The notes beneath the pieces were generated by a model. The model was not told the DNA's origin and ran no database searches. It saw only the letters and a list, made by a program, of their open reading frames with translations. Shown one piece after another: positions 54,914 through 64,000 of a stretch of DNA of 64,000 bases. This DNA is from an uncultured virus (IMG/VR IMGVR_UViG_3300013121_000030). Its lineage: Duplodnaviria; Heunggongvirae; Uroviricota; Caudoviricetes. Both the position numbers and the translations under genes were made by a program. The stretch spans positions 1-64,000 of the IMG/VR virus record IMGVR_UViG_3300013121_000030, one strand, 5' to 3'. The stretch's first letter is position 1; every line of letters begins with the position of its first letter.

Positions 54914-56869
54914 ATGGGACGAAAAAATGAAGGTAATGGTCTAGCTCTCTCCCGAATTGCTCTCAAGGCGAGTCGCAAGTCTGAGGTGGCCCCACAGGCA
55001 CCGCCTATGAGCAGCTCCTCGGCCCCCGAAATCCCCCAGCTGGGGAAGATGGACATCATCGAGTTCGTGGAGTCGGCTTGGGGACTGGGTGTGAAGTTGT
55101 TCCCCGTGCAGAGGGTTGTATTGAAGGCCCACTACGGGATCCCGCTGGACGACACTCTCAAATTTGAGATAACTGACTGGAGACGTGAGAACAAGAGGTA
55201 CTTCACAGAGAAGACCTACTTGGAATATCTGTTCGACACAGGGCGAAGCAACATTCGGGAGGTCGTCCCAGGGAAAGAGCTGCGCAACATGGTGTTGGCG
55301 TTTGGCCGGAGGTCTGGAAAGACCTCAATCAGCGCTTGCATTGTGGCCTATGAGGTTTATCGTCTTATCCACACCTACAATCCTCAAAAGTATTACGGGG
55401 TGGTCCCTACCAACCCCATCAACCTAATCTCGATCGCTACTTCCAAGGACCAGGCTGGTCACTTGTTCCAGGAGGCATCCGGGCACTTTGCCAAGTGTGG
55501 GTTTTTCAAGCGCTACATGGCCCGCGATACTATGACGGCGATTTGGTTCCAGAGCCCCGCGGAAATCGAAAAGTATGGGATGTACTCGGACAATCCCAGG
55601 GCACGGGCTACTATTCGGGTGAAATTTGAGCCCTGCAACGCCAAGGGTCTTCGTGGCGCTGGTAACTACGTGGTCATCCTGGACGAGGTGGCCCACTTCG
55701 TGGAAGTTGGTTCCAAATCGGCTGAGGATGTGTTCAATGCCGTATATCCGTCCACGGCAGCGTACTCCCCCAAGGACGAGAACAAAAAGGCGCTCAGGGA
55801 CCAGTCGGACGCCCGAGTCATTATGATCTCTAGCCCATTGGGAAAAAAGGGTCTCTTCTGGGACCACTTCCGCCGGGGGATGGAGGGGGCGGACAACATG
55901 CTCTGCATTCAAGCTCCAACGTGGGAGGTAAACCCAACGGTCGCGGCAGGGGTGTTTATTGATGCGCACTCCGTGGACCCACGCCAGTTCGATGTGGAGT
56001 ACGGCGCGGAGTTCTCGGAGCGGACCCTCGGATTCTTTGAAGAGGCCAAGGATGTTACAGACTGCATCGACCCGACCTTGCGGCCCAAGCTTCTTGGTGT
56101 TTCAGGTCGCCGCTACTTTATGGGCTTCGACTTGGGCCTCGTCGTGGACGCCTCAGCCATGGCGATTGTTCATTTGGAGGACGGCCGCATTGTGACGGAC
56201 TTCGTGGACCAGATCAAGGCAGGGGAAGGGGAATACCGAGATCGCAAACGCCTTGAGTTTGATGATGTGGCGGACTGGATCCACGAGCAGAGCCGAAAGT
56301 TTGCGATTGTGGAGGGGATTTTCGACCAGTGGGGAGGCATTCCTTTGGAGCAGGCTCTTGTCAAGAAGGGGCTCACCCAGATCAAGACGGAGCATATGAC
56401 TGGGCAGAGAAACTCTGAGATCTACCAAAATCTCAAAGCCATGATCTTCGATCGTCGACTGGTGCTTTTTGACCTCAACGAAGAGGACAGGCGTCGTCAT
56501 CATCAGGAGACGGGCAAGCCTGCTCCCGAACATGCTCCCTACATCATGCAGCTTTTGGGACTTCAGGCGGAGTACAAATCGAAGTACGTTATCAACGTTG
56601 AGGCCCCCAAGGGTCAAGGGAAACATGACGATTTGGCAGACGCCTTGGCACGGGCTGTGTGGTTGGCTTCTCAGGCGATGGGGAAGGCATCGTACATTGC
56701 AGGGGCACGGTCTTCAACGCCAATCTCGAATGGCTATACGCCGAACCATATGGACATGGTAAAGGCACGCCTCCAAGGCCGATTGGGGGGGTCCCATCCC
56801 ATGAGGATGAATCCAACCCGAAACCCTGGGCTCTTCAATCTCTATGTCAAAAAGTATTCTTCCAAGTGA
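54914..56869 (+). CDS. terL: terminase large subunit
   Basis: GRRSGKT, VILDEVAH, MISSP, EYGAEF, GFDLG, HDDLADA. Confidence 0.93.
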   Translation: MGRKNEGNGLALSRIALKASRKSEVAPQAPPMSSSSAPEIPQLGKMDIIEFVESAWGLGVKLFPVQRVVLKAHYGIPLDDTLKFEITDWRRENKRYFTEKTYLEYLFDTGRSNIREVVPGKELRNMVLAFGRRSGKTSISACIVAYEVYRLIHTYNPQKYYGVVPTNPINLISIATSKDQAGHLFQEASGHFAKCGFFKRYMARDTMTAIWFQSPAEIEKYGMYSDNPRARATIRVKFEPCNAKGLRGAGNYVVILDEVAHFVEVGSKSAEDVFNAVYPSTAAYSPKDENKKALRDQSDARVIMISSPLGKKGLFWDHFRRGMEGADNMLCIQAPTWEVNPTVAAGVFIDAHSVDPRQFDVEYGAEFSERTLGFFEEAKDVTDCIDPTLRPKLLGVSGRRYFMGFDLGLVVDASAMAIVHLEDGRIVTDFVDQIKAGEGEYRDRKRLEFDDVADWIHEQSRKFAIVEGIFDQWGGIPLEQALVKKGLTQIKTEHMTGQRNSEIYQNLKAMIFDRRLVLFDLNEEDRRRHHQETGKPAPEHAPYIMQLLGLQAEYKSKYVINVEAPKGQGKHDDLADALARAVWLASQAMGKASYIAGARSSTPISNGYTPNHMDMVKARLQGRLGGSHPMRMNPTRNPGLFNLYVKKYSSK

Positions 56870-56891
56870 TCCTTCTCGTGCAGACCACCGC

Positions 56892-57092
56892 ATGATCCTG
56901 TATCTCACAAAGGGGAATGGGGTTCATGTGTCCCCCTCAGCGTGTGAGGTCGTAAGTAAGGTATTCCGAAAGGCCGGAGGGTCCTGGAAGAGGATCTTCC
57001 TGGGATCCACCGCAGATCTCAAGCTCCTCCGGCGCGTGATCAAAGTGGCCATTAAGGCCAAGGTGCTACCCAAAGAAGAAAAGTGGCCATGA
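56892..57092 (+). CDS. small basic hypothetical protein
   Basis: From MILYLTKGNG; coupled to the next gene. Confidence 0.5.
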   Translation: MILYLTKGNGVHVSPSACEVVSKVFRKAGGSWKRIFLGSTADLKLLRRVIKVAIKAKVLPKEEKWP

Positions 57093-57526
57093 TCTCACCT
57101 ACCCTTGAACGAATTTCGGTTCCCTATAGAGAGGCCGTTGACCGAATAAATCGGGAGTTTGGGGCTGAGCTTGCCTCAAAGAGAACCAGGGTAGAGGACC
57201 TCCTGGGCTCTGTTGATGAGCAAGAACTTCGACGAGCCCTTGAGAAAGTGGGGATAGATGGTCATCGCCAACGTCTATTCCAGTTAGCTTTTCGACTTCG
57301 GTCGGAGGCTCTGAATCGTCAAAAATTGGCATCCGTCGTGGGTTCTGTGAACCCCCACCTGAGGACTGTCAGTCATACCCTTGAGTCCATCCTCCGAGAG
57401 GTTTCTGCGGTATCTGTCCCACCAGGGACAGTCGAAAGCCAAAAGAAGAAAAAGATCCTGCGTCACCTCCAGGGGATGATGGACGGATGCAGAGCCCTAA
57501 AGAAGGAAGTCCATGGCGCAGTCTAA
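57083..57526 (+). CDS. hypothetical helical protein
   Basis: 147-aa ORF overlapping the portal start. Confidence 0.6.
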   Translation: MAMISPTLERISVPYREAVDRINREFGAELASKRTRVEDLLGSVDEQELRRALEKVGIDGHRQRLFQLAFRLRSEALNRQKLASVVGSVNPHLRTVSHTLESILREVSAVSVPPGTVESQKKKKILRHLQGMMDGCRALKKEVHGAV

Positions 57527-59378
57527 AAAAAGAACGCAGAGGCGCTCGCCTGTTGTTGCTGGTGGCCAAACACCTGCATCGAAGTCTTCCAACGAAGATA
57601 TGAGGGTCGTCGCTGAGGTGCCGCCAAAAAAGAGGGACCTGTATATTGGTGTCCCCACGTTTGCCCCTCGGCCCCCCACCCGAAAGATCGCAACTCTCCG
57701 AGAGAAAGTTGCAGCTTCTTGTGGGCCAGGAACAGGATCTTTTGGTGGAACCGGGGGAGTTTCTGTTGGAGGAGGCGGCGGTGGTTATGGTGGAGGATAT
57801 GGGAATCTAGGTGGGACAGTCACTCAGTCGAGTGGGGGGAATTTTTATTCTCCAGAGCTTTCCACGGACTTCCTTCAGCTTCCACAGAGCCTAATTGAGC
57901 AGTGGAACTTCTACCGATTCTTTTACTACAACCACCCATTGGTGGGGAGGGCACTGGATACGCATGTCCAGCTCCCACTTTCCAAGATCCGCCTGAGCCG
58001 TCCTGTCTGCAAGAACAAGGAATTGGGGGAAGAAGCTCTCCGGTTTTGTTTGAAGTGGGTGCGCAAGGTTGAGCTTTCTGAACGTCTCGCGGAAATTGTC
58101 TTCAATTTCTTCCTGATTGGGGAGGTCTTCATCTTCTGCGAAGACACCAACCCTGAGATGCCCGAGGAAGTCTCAAAGAGGGTGGTGACGAAGGTTCAGG
58201 AGGATGGGACCGTTACCTCCGAGTGGGAGGAGTACCCAAACGCGGATGATAGGATAACTTCGTGGATGAGGAAGAACTACAAGGGATGGACCAAGATCAG
58301 AGTGCTCCCTCCCGAACAAGTCCACATTGAGACCTTCCCGTTCACGGATGAAGTTTTGATTGAGATCATCCCTGACGCGAAGACCAAGTTCCTCATCGAA
58401 CAGGCCGACTCAGGGGACCCTAACGCGATTAGGGTTATGGAATCCATGGATGATTCGGTGATTGCGGCGGTTCGGGGAGGGAAGAATATTTCCCTGAACA
58501 CAGACCCCAACGCAGGTTCGTTTGTCTACTACATGAGCAACAAGCCCTCCCAGTATGAGCCTCGGGGGCACAGCATTCTTCAGCGGTGTCTTAGGACACT
58601 TGTCTATTCAGACATGCTCCGACAAGCCCAAAATCAGATTGCTTCTCGGCACATGACACCTGTGCGTCTGGTTTATGCGGAGGACATGAACGAGCAGCAA
58701 GTGGAGGAACTCAGATTCCAAGTTGACTTGGCGCTCCAAGACCCTGACTACTCCATCGTCACTAACTTCCAGGTTACATGGGAGGAGATGAACTCCAATG
58801 GTCGCCTCCTCGAACTTTCGGGAGAGTACGACATCATTGCTCGGGAGCTGTACGCTGGTTTAGGGGTCACAGAGTCCCTCCTCTCAGGGGAATCCTCCTA
58901 CGCGGGGGACCGAATCAACCTGGAGGTTTTGAATACCAGGTACATGGCCTTGCGGGACAAGGTTCAGAGCCTCGTGGAAAAGCACTTCCTGGAGCCCATG
59001 TGTAGGCGCATGGGGTTTGTGGAGGAGGACGAGGACGGGGACTTGGTGACTGTATTTCCCAGGTTCTCGTTCACACGGCTGGCCTTGCGGGACCACCAAG
59101 AGATTTTCGATGCCCTCATGCAGCTCTACAACAAGGGATCCTTGGATGTTGAGACCATCTATGAGGTCCTGAACCTGGACACCCAGACCATCAATGAGCG
59201 CCTCCAACGCGATTTTGGCTCTCTGGCAGATGCTTCATTCAATGATCTGGTTCGTGGTCTCTACGGTGAAGTGGGTCGTGCCTTGGCAGAGAGGACAGAC
59301 TTCACCAAGAAAGTGGCCGCACTTTTGAACCTCAAGTACACAGAGCCACCTCCTGAGGGAGGCGACAGGTTCGGGTGA
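57513..59378 (+). CDS. portal protein
   Basis: FY...PLV...LD.H..LPLS, GEVF, RG.SIL.R, GLGV..SLL.G..SY; downstream of TerL. Confidence 0.85.
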   Translation: MAQSKKRTQRRSPVVAGGQTPASKSSNEDMRVVAEVPPKKRDLYIGVPTFAPRPPTRKIATLREKVAASCGPGTGSFGGTGGVSVGGGGGGYGGGYGNLGGTVTQSSGGNFYSPELSTDFLQLPQSLIEQWNFYRFFYYNHPLVGRALDTHVQLPLSKIRLSRPVCKNKELGEEALRFCLKWVRKVELSERLAEIVFNFFLIGEVFIFCEDTNPEMPEEVSKRVVTKVQEDGTVTSEWEEYPNADDRITSWMRKNYKGWTKIRVLPPEQVHIETFPFTDEVLIEIIPDAKTKFLIEQADSGDPNAIRVMESMDDSVIAAVRGGKNISLNTDPNAGSFVYYMSNKPSQYEPRGHSILQRCLRTLVYSDMLRQAQNQIASRHMTPVRLVYAEDMNEQQVEELRFQVDLALQDPDYSIVTNFQVTWEEMNSNGRLLELSGEYDIIARELYAGLGVTESLLSGESSYAGDRINLEVLNTRYMALRDKVQSLVEKHFLEPMCRRMGFVEEDEDGDLVTVFPRFSFTRLALRDHQEIFDALMQLYNKGSLDVETIYEVLNLDTQTINERLQRDFGSLADASFNDLVRGLYGEVGRALAERTDFTKKVAALLNLKYTEPPPEGGDRFG

Positions 59379-59410
59379 AGCCTTGATATCTTGGACTCAT
59401 CGAGGACGCA

Positions 59411-60307
59411 ATGATTACCATTGACAGCGACTTCGAGCCTATCCCCTACGAAGATGGGTCTTTGGCAGCACCAGGAGATGCCGTCAACTATCGTCTAGGG
59501 CTGGAGGAAATCCCAGGATGGTTGGCGTTGGACCCCAAGTCCAATGTCTTCTGGACGGGTGACTTTGGTATTCGATACCAAGGCCGACGATTTGTTTTTG
59601 TAGGGGAAGAGAAGGAGTCAGGGGAGATCCCGCCGATCTACACCCTCGTCCGAGGCAAAGTGTCTCCCCGACCCGCCAAGAAGCCTCCCAAGGAGTGGAT
59701 TGGCTCAGATGGGTTCCTGACTTCAGAACTGTATACCGCCCAAATGCTGGTAAGCAAGACCGCGGCCAAGTATGTGAAGACTGCCAAGATCCATGGGGTG
59801 AAGCGTGGGGATGGGTCATCGGTCGGACTTTTCATCCCTCTCCCGCGTCGCCTCGCTCGCAAATTTCCAAGTCTCCACCCAGAAGACTCCTCTCCCTCTC
59901 ATGTGACTCTTATGTTTCTGGGGGAAATCAAGGATCCCGCAGAACAAAAGAGACTCGTCCAGACTCTTCAGAAGGAGATGGGATCCTGGTGGGACGATGC
60001 CACGGCAACACTCGGGCCCATGGGGATCTTTGAGAATGACGGGAACACAATTCCACATGCAAAAGTAGATTTTGACAGGGACTTTCGTGGACTCCGCTCA
60101 AAACTGAAAGTGGTTTTGGAATCGGCAGGTTTCCCGGTGGACTCCACACATGCGGATTACAAGCCGCATGTGACCATGGGATATTTTCCCAGCGGGGAGT
60201 GGGACCAGGATAAGGTTCGAGTTCCCACGGGGACATGGACTTTCGATTGCTTTGAGGTCTGGGGCCTTCCCAAGGTGTACCGGATCCCCTTCAATGGGGG
60301 CGCATGA
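59411..60307 (+). CDS. 2H phosphoesterase (2'-5' RNA ligase / Acb1-like fold)
   Basis: Two HxT motifs: SHVTLMFLG and YKPHVTMGY. Confidence 0.85.
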   Translation: MITIDSDFEPIPYEDGSLAAPGDAVNYRLGLEEIPGWLALDPKSNVFWTGDFGIRYQGRRFVFVGEEKESGEIPPIYTLVRGKVSPRPAKKPPKEWIGSDGFLTSELYTAQMLVSKTAAKYVKTAKIHGVKRGDGSSVGLFIPLPRRLARKFPSLHPEDSSPSHVTLMFLGEIKDPAEQKRLVQTLQKEMGSWWDDATATLGPMGIFENDGNTIPHAKVDFDRDFRGLRSKLKVVLESAGFPVDSTHADYKPHVTMGYFPSGEWDQDKVRVPTGTWTFDCFEVWGLPKVYRIPFNGGA

Positions 60308-60308
60308 G

Positions 60309-62507
60309 ATGAGACTCCGGCAGGCTACAAAGAGCAAGTCCGAGTGGGAAGACGAAAAGATCCAGGAGGTCCACGGGAAGCCCCTCCCGCGGAAGAAGCC
60401 CCCTCGCCAAGACTTGCGGACTCATTCCAACGACACGGAATACGAGGATCGAAACGAAAAAGAGCGGGAATACCGTCGAAGTCGACGTGCAGCAGACCAT
60501 AAGCCAGGAGATGTTTGGCGGACGGAGTCTGGTTGGCGAGGAATGAATGAGGATGGGGACTCCAAGACCTATCCTGGGAAGGATAGTGCTGAGGAGTTCG
60601 CACGAGGGTCTGTGGAAGAGCTTGGGGAGGAGGATATCCTTCCTGAGGACGACACGGAGACTCCAGAAGACGAAGGGTTGGAGGAGGTTTCGGAGGAGGA
60701 TCTGGACCAAGATATTGAGAAGAAACGGAAAGCTGAGTCACGAACAAGGGAGCAGCTCGCACGGACTATGGAGAGGGCTCGGTCTGTCCTCCACAGTGTC
60801 CTTGGTTCCGCCAAGACAGACCTCCCGAAGGGGATTGAGGAATCTCTTTCCAAGGCAGTGTCATCCTTCAAAGGGAAGGACTTCAGGTCCCTCCTCCGAA
60901 CTTTTGAGTCAAAGATCAGAACGTATTCTTCTCAGAATGCTTTCTCCAGTTGGGCACGAGATCAGGCTAACCACATCGTAAGCTTCAAGAATTGGGCTGA
61001 GGTGGAGTCCCCCCAAGCCATGGGTCAGAAATTGGCTCAAATGGCAATCGCATTTAATGTTGTCGCCAACCCCAAAATCCTTGGTGGAAAGCCGATCTCA
61101 TCGAAACCCAAGACTCCCCAAGAACTCGGGGATCGAACACAGGAGGCCTACTCTCACTACAGCAAGCTCGACCCAACGTTGATTGAGCATGCAGCTTCGC
61201 AGATTGAGGAGGAACTCAAAGGACTGGAAGAAGGATCCCCACGAGCGCAGGAACTCAACGCCATACTGACCGGAATCGCCCTCGCCAACATTGTAAAGAC
61301 GGGGAAATCTGTTGCGGGCAGACCTGAACCGAGTGCAGGAGCAGTGGCCCTTGTGAAGAAGATGTCAGACCTGGGACAGGTGGATTTGCTGTTCCGGCCT
61401 GTGGAAGACTTTTTCGCTACAGATAGCAGGGATGATATCAAGAGGGCCTTGTCCCTTCTTGAGCCAAAGGAACTGATCGAGGTAACGATGGGTGGAGACA
61501 GTGATCATCCCTATCGCGCCTTGGGTGACAAGCTCCTCAAGGGTGAAATACCGGAACCCTTTGATGCAGGAGTTCGGGAGTTTTTGGAAGAGGAGTTCAT
61601 GTTAAGCATGTCCTGGAAGGATCGGGCATTCCGAGATGCTCTTGAGTCCACAGGACGAAAAGTAGACGCTGAGACACGGGGGCGGGAGTTGGGGGCGGCA
61701 ATCAAGGTGCCCGCGCCAGAGATCGAGGATTTCCTGGATGCGGTGGACAAGGTGGCCGCAGAGGAGCCCTTGAGTCGTGAAGAGGATGTGGCCATCCGTA
61801 ATTATGATGCATCCAAGGGTGCAAGTTTGCTCCGGGGGAGTGCCAAGCAGTTCGTCAAATGGGTTTCCCAAGCCTTCTCAAAGCCCATACAGGGCTCGGC
61901 TCTTCCCGTGATGAAGAAGTTTGTGGAGACTGGGGACAAGGAGTGGCTCACACGACCCGCTGTTCCGCACCCAGACCGCCCCCCTGTGGCCAAGAAAGCC
62001 TCTTTACACTTTTCCACCTATAGATCCCAAGGTAATCGAAGAATCACGGATTCTATACCCCCGAGGAAAATCATGGCAAAGAAAATCGAGAAGAAGGCCG
62101 CCCTCATCGTCACCGATCTGATGGATCGAGTTGCGAACCTCCTGGAGTACAACCGTGCATCGCTGGGTGTTCCTTCGCATGTTGTGAAGGACCTTGCAGG
62201 TCGGTTGGATGCGGTTTCTGACCATATCAATCGCCGTTCCGGAACTCTGAAGCAGGTCCAATCGCGCACTGCACAGATCAACTCATCTCCTTACGATTTT
62301 GATGAGAATTTCACGGAGACAGACCTGGCTCCGGGGAATTTTGACCCATCTGAGATCGGGGAGATGTATGATGGGGCGTTTCTTCGAGACGAAGATGAGC
62401 CCTACGTTGACTGCATTGGCGAGCAGGATGAGTTTTACCAACTGGGCAGGGTTCAGGAGAATGGTCTCTTCTCCAATGCCAAGACTGCCGCCCGTCGTCG
62501 TAGGTAA
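60309..62507 (+). CDS. putative head/internal protein, with an in-frame internal start at 62073
   Basis: From MRLRQATK; acidic region; several [KR]xA motifs; GAGG SD before ATG 62073. Confidence 0.6.
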   Translation: MRLRQATKSKSEWEDEKIQEVHGKPLPRKKPPRQDLRTHSNDTEYEDRNEKEREYRRSRRAADHKPGDVWRTESGWRGMNEDGDSKTYPGKDSAEEFARGSVEELGEEDILPEDDTETPEDEGLEEVSEEDLDQDIEKKRKAESRTREQLARTMERARSVLHSVLGSAKTDLPKGIEESLSKAVSSFKGKDFRSLLRTFESKIRTYSSQNAFSSWARDQANHIVSFKNWAEVESPQAMGQKLAQMAIAFNVVANPKILGGKPISSKPKTPQELGDRTQEAYSHYSKLDPTLIEHAASQIEEELKGLEEGSPRAQELNAILTGIALANIVKTGKSVAGRPEPSAGAVALVKKMSDLGQVDLLFRPVEDFFATDSRDDIKRALSLLEPKELIEVTMGGDSDHPYRALGDKLLKGEIPEPFDAGVREFLEEEFMLSMSWKDRAFRDALESTGRKVDAETRGRELGAAIKVPAPEIEDFLDAVDKVAAEEPLSREEDVAIRNYDASKGASLLRGSAKQFVKWVSQAFSKPIQGSALPVMKKFVETGDKEWLTRPAVPHPDRPPVAKKASLHFSTYRSQGNRRITDSIPPRKIMAKKIEKKAALIVTDLMDRVANLLEYNRASLGVPSHVVKDLAGRLDAVSDHINRRSGTLKQVQSRTAQINSSPYDFDENFTETDLAPGNFDPSEIGEMYDGAFLRDEDEPYVDCIGEQDEFYQLGRVQENGLFSNAKTAARRRR

Positions 62508-62537
62508 TCAATCACCCCACACACGGGGAGGCGAACC

Positions 62538-63140
62538 ATGGGACGCTTCAAACAGGCGGACTCTGGCAACTGGCAGGCTCGCGCCAAGGACTTCAAGGTT
62601 GGTCAAGCAGTTCGACTGACCTACGGAGGGGACGCGGATGAGGGCCGCGTCGTGGCTGTTTTGCCCGCGATTGGGATGGTGGATGTCCAATTCCCCAACA
62701 CCAACTATCGCCTCCCCGTCGAGGACCTCCAAATTCGGAATCCCGACTTTGATCCCTTCATTGCCCCAACCCACGAGGAGATTCCTGGAGGAGTTGGGAG
62801 TGCAGCGTTGCTCCCTGAAGGAGCCACCCAACGGCCTGGAGAGCAAGTCCCTCCAGATATGTTGGTGAGGACAGCACAGACTGTGGCTGCACGGCATTTG
62901 CGCAAGAAGGCCCTCTACTGGGCAGACCTAGGCCGCAAGTATCGCTCAACACGGTCCGAATTTGAAAGTGGTCAGTTTACCTGCCCACGATGCGGGGAAA
63001 TCCTCAAGAAGACCGTATACAAGCGAGAGGACGGGCGCTCTGTGAAGCTTCGTGGGTGTCCGGGGTGCATGTTCCTGATTCGTGAGCAGGACATCCTGGT
63101 GGACCATTGTGCCCCCTCTCTCGCGGAGGAGGAAATCTGA
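62538..63140 (+). CDS. head-module protein: SH3/KOW-like domain plus C-terminal Zn ribbon
   Basis: FKVGQAV...GRVVAV..IGMVDVQFP; CPRC..CPGC; SD GGAGG. Confidence 0.65.
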   Translation: MGRFKQADSGNWQARAKDFKVGQAVRLTYGGDADEGRVVAVLPAIGMVDVQFPNTNYRLPVEDLQIRNPDFDPFIAPTHEEIPGGVGSAALLPEGATQRPGEQVPPDMLVRTAQTVAARHLRKKALYWADLGRKYRSTRSEFESGQFTCPRCGEILKKTVYKREDGRSVKLRGCPGCMFLIREQDILVDHCAPSLAEEEI

Positions 63141-64000
63141 TGGCCTTCCGAAAACTTGCCAAGGCATATGTTTCACACCCCATCTTTGGGGCCGACAAGT
63201 GGCAGTCCTTCATTGACCACCACAAGCGCCAGCTCGTTCCCGCAGGAAAGGTAGCCTCCAAGACTGCCAACCTGGCAATGCAGGCGAGCGAGATTCTTGG
63301 AGAAGATTTTGATCCGGCCAATTATCTCCTGACGCACTGTACGATCGTAGCTTCCGTGGACGTGGAGGAAGCTCCCTCCACGATGACCAAGTTGGGTCGC
63401 ATCAAAGATCCTGAATCTGGGGAGATGATCACTCGGAAGTGGTCCAACTTCAGGATTGCCCCCCAAACAATCCCGTGGATCAATAACAACAACGATGCTT
63501 GGTCACGGCCAGTCCTGATGAAGTCCTACCGGACTTTCATTGGAGGACATAACTTCCAGGAACATGTCCAGATTGAAGCCCAGTCCAAGGGACGCATCAT
63601 CGATGCGGTAGCTCGGGATGTCGGGCCCTCCGTCTATACTGACATCCTTTTGGCGACGCATCGGAAGCACGCCCATCTCATCCAAGACATTGAGGGTGGG
63701 CGCCTGAACACGTTGTCAATGGGGTGTTCCGTAACCGAAACTCAGTGTAGCAAATGCGGAAATGTCGCCAAGGATGAGACGGAGTTTTGTTTCCCACCGG
63801 AAACCAGGGTCCTCTTGGCCAGTGGCAACTATATCCCCATTTCCGATATTCGAGAAGGGGAACAGGTGGTAACCCACCTGGGCAACCGGGGGACAGTTAC
63901 TCACACTTTCACTCGCCACTATAACGGCGAGGTTGTAAATATTGAGGTTGATGGTGTTCCTGTCCCTATTCAGGCAACTCCGAATCATCCGTTCCTCGTG
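63140..64000 (+). CDS. prohead (capsid maturation) protease, partial, intein-interrupted
   Basis: Open frame from ATG 63140 (not in the ORF track): NNNNDAW, HNFQEH, KGRIIDA, TLSMGC, CSKCGN. Confidence 0.85.
   Translation, partial: MAFRKLAKAYVSHPIFGADKWQSFIDHHKRQLVPAGKVASKTANLAMQASEILGEDFDPANYLLTHCTIVASVDVEEAPSTMTKLGRIKDPESGEMITRKWSNFRIAPQTIPWINNNNDAWSRPVLMKSYRTFIGGHNFQEHVQIEAQSKGRIIDAVARDVGPSVYTDILLATHRKHAHLIQDIEGGRLNTLSMGCSVTETQCSKCGNVAKDETEFCFPPETRVLLASGNYIPISDIREGEQVVTHLGNRGTVTHTFTRHYNGEVVNIEVDGVPVPIQATPNHPFLV
63788..64000 (+). mobile_element. intein (N-terminal part)
   Basis: Block A CFPPETRVLLASG...I.DI..GE.V.TH and block B ATPNHPFLV. Confidence 0.88.

Noticed and set aside
1-64000. 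Stop-codon reassignment, as in some jumbo phages
   Set aside because: Core genes are full length in the standard code, and TAG, TGA and TAA all terminate genes

Overview
This is a 64-kb segment of a large (jumbo-type) contractile-tailed phage genome read in the standard genetic code. The host is probably Gram-negative, possibly Myxococcota-like; this is inferred from a spanin-like gene pair and Cys-rich lipoproteins. The right half (about 35-64 kb, mostly + strand) is the virion module: neck protein, UvrD helicase, actin-like ATPase, tail terminator-like protein, a 2446-aa tail sheath, tail tube, large terminase, portal, a 2H phosphoesterase, head proteins and an intein-containing prohead protease that runs off the window end. 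The left half is accessory: tRNA-Lys(UUU), J-domain, SLOG/DprA-like, DHH and metallophosphoesterases, two AAA ATPases, a LamG protein, a DGQHR protein, a degenerate endonuclease V, an endolysin, a ParA-like protein and an RNA-repair-type cluster (RlaP-like nucleotidyltransferase, CX5R phosphatase, TROVE/Ro60). Four observations stand out. (1) A three-gene exported Tc/Rhs-like toxin operon in which the Rhs core and a RelE-like payload form a separate lipoprotein. (2) A tail sheath with seven domains apparently nested inside each other (A1..A7-B7..B1). (3) A recurring [KR]-x-A motif in head-module proteins, suggesting protease processing and packaged enzymes. (4) A GTGTAA-N17-TAnnnT promoter family, several copies of which would give leaderless mRNAs. 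All functional calls come from motif recognition by eye; no database searches were run.
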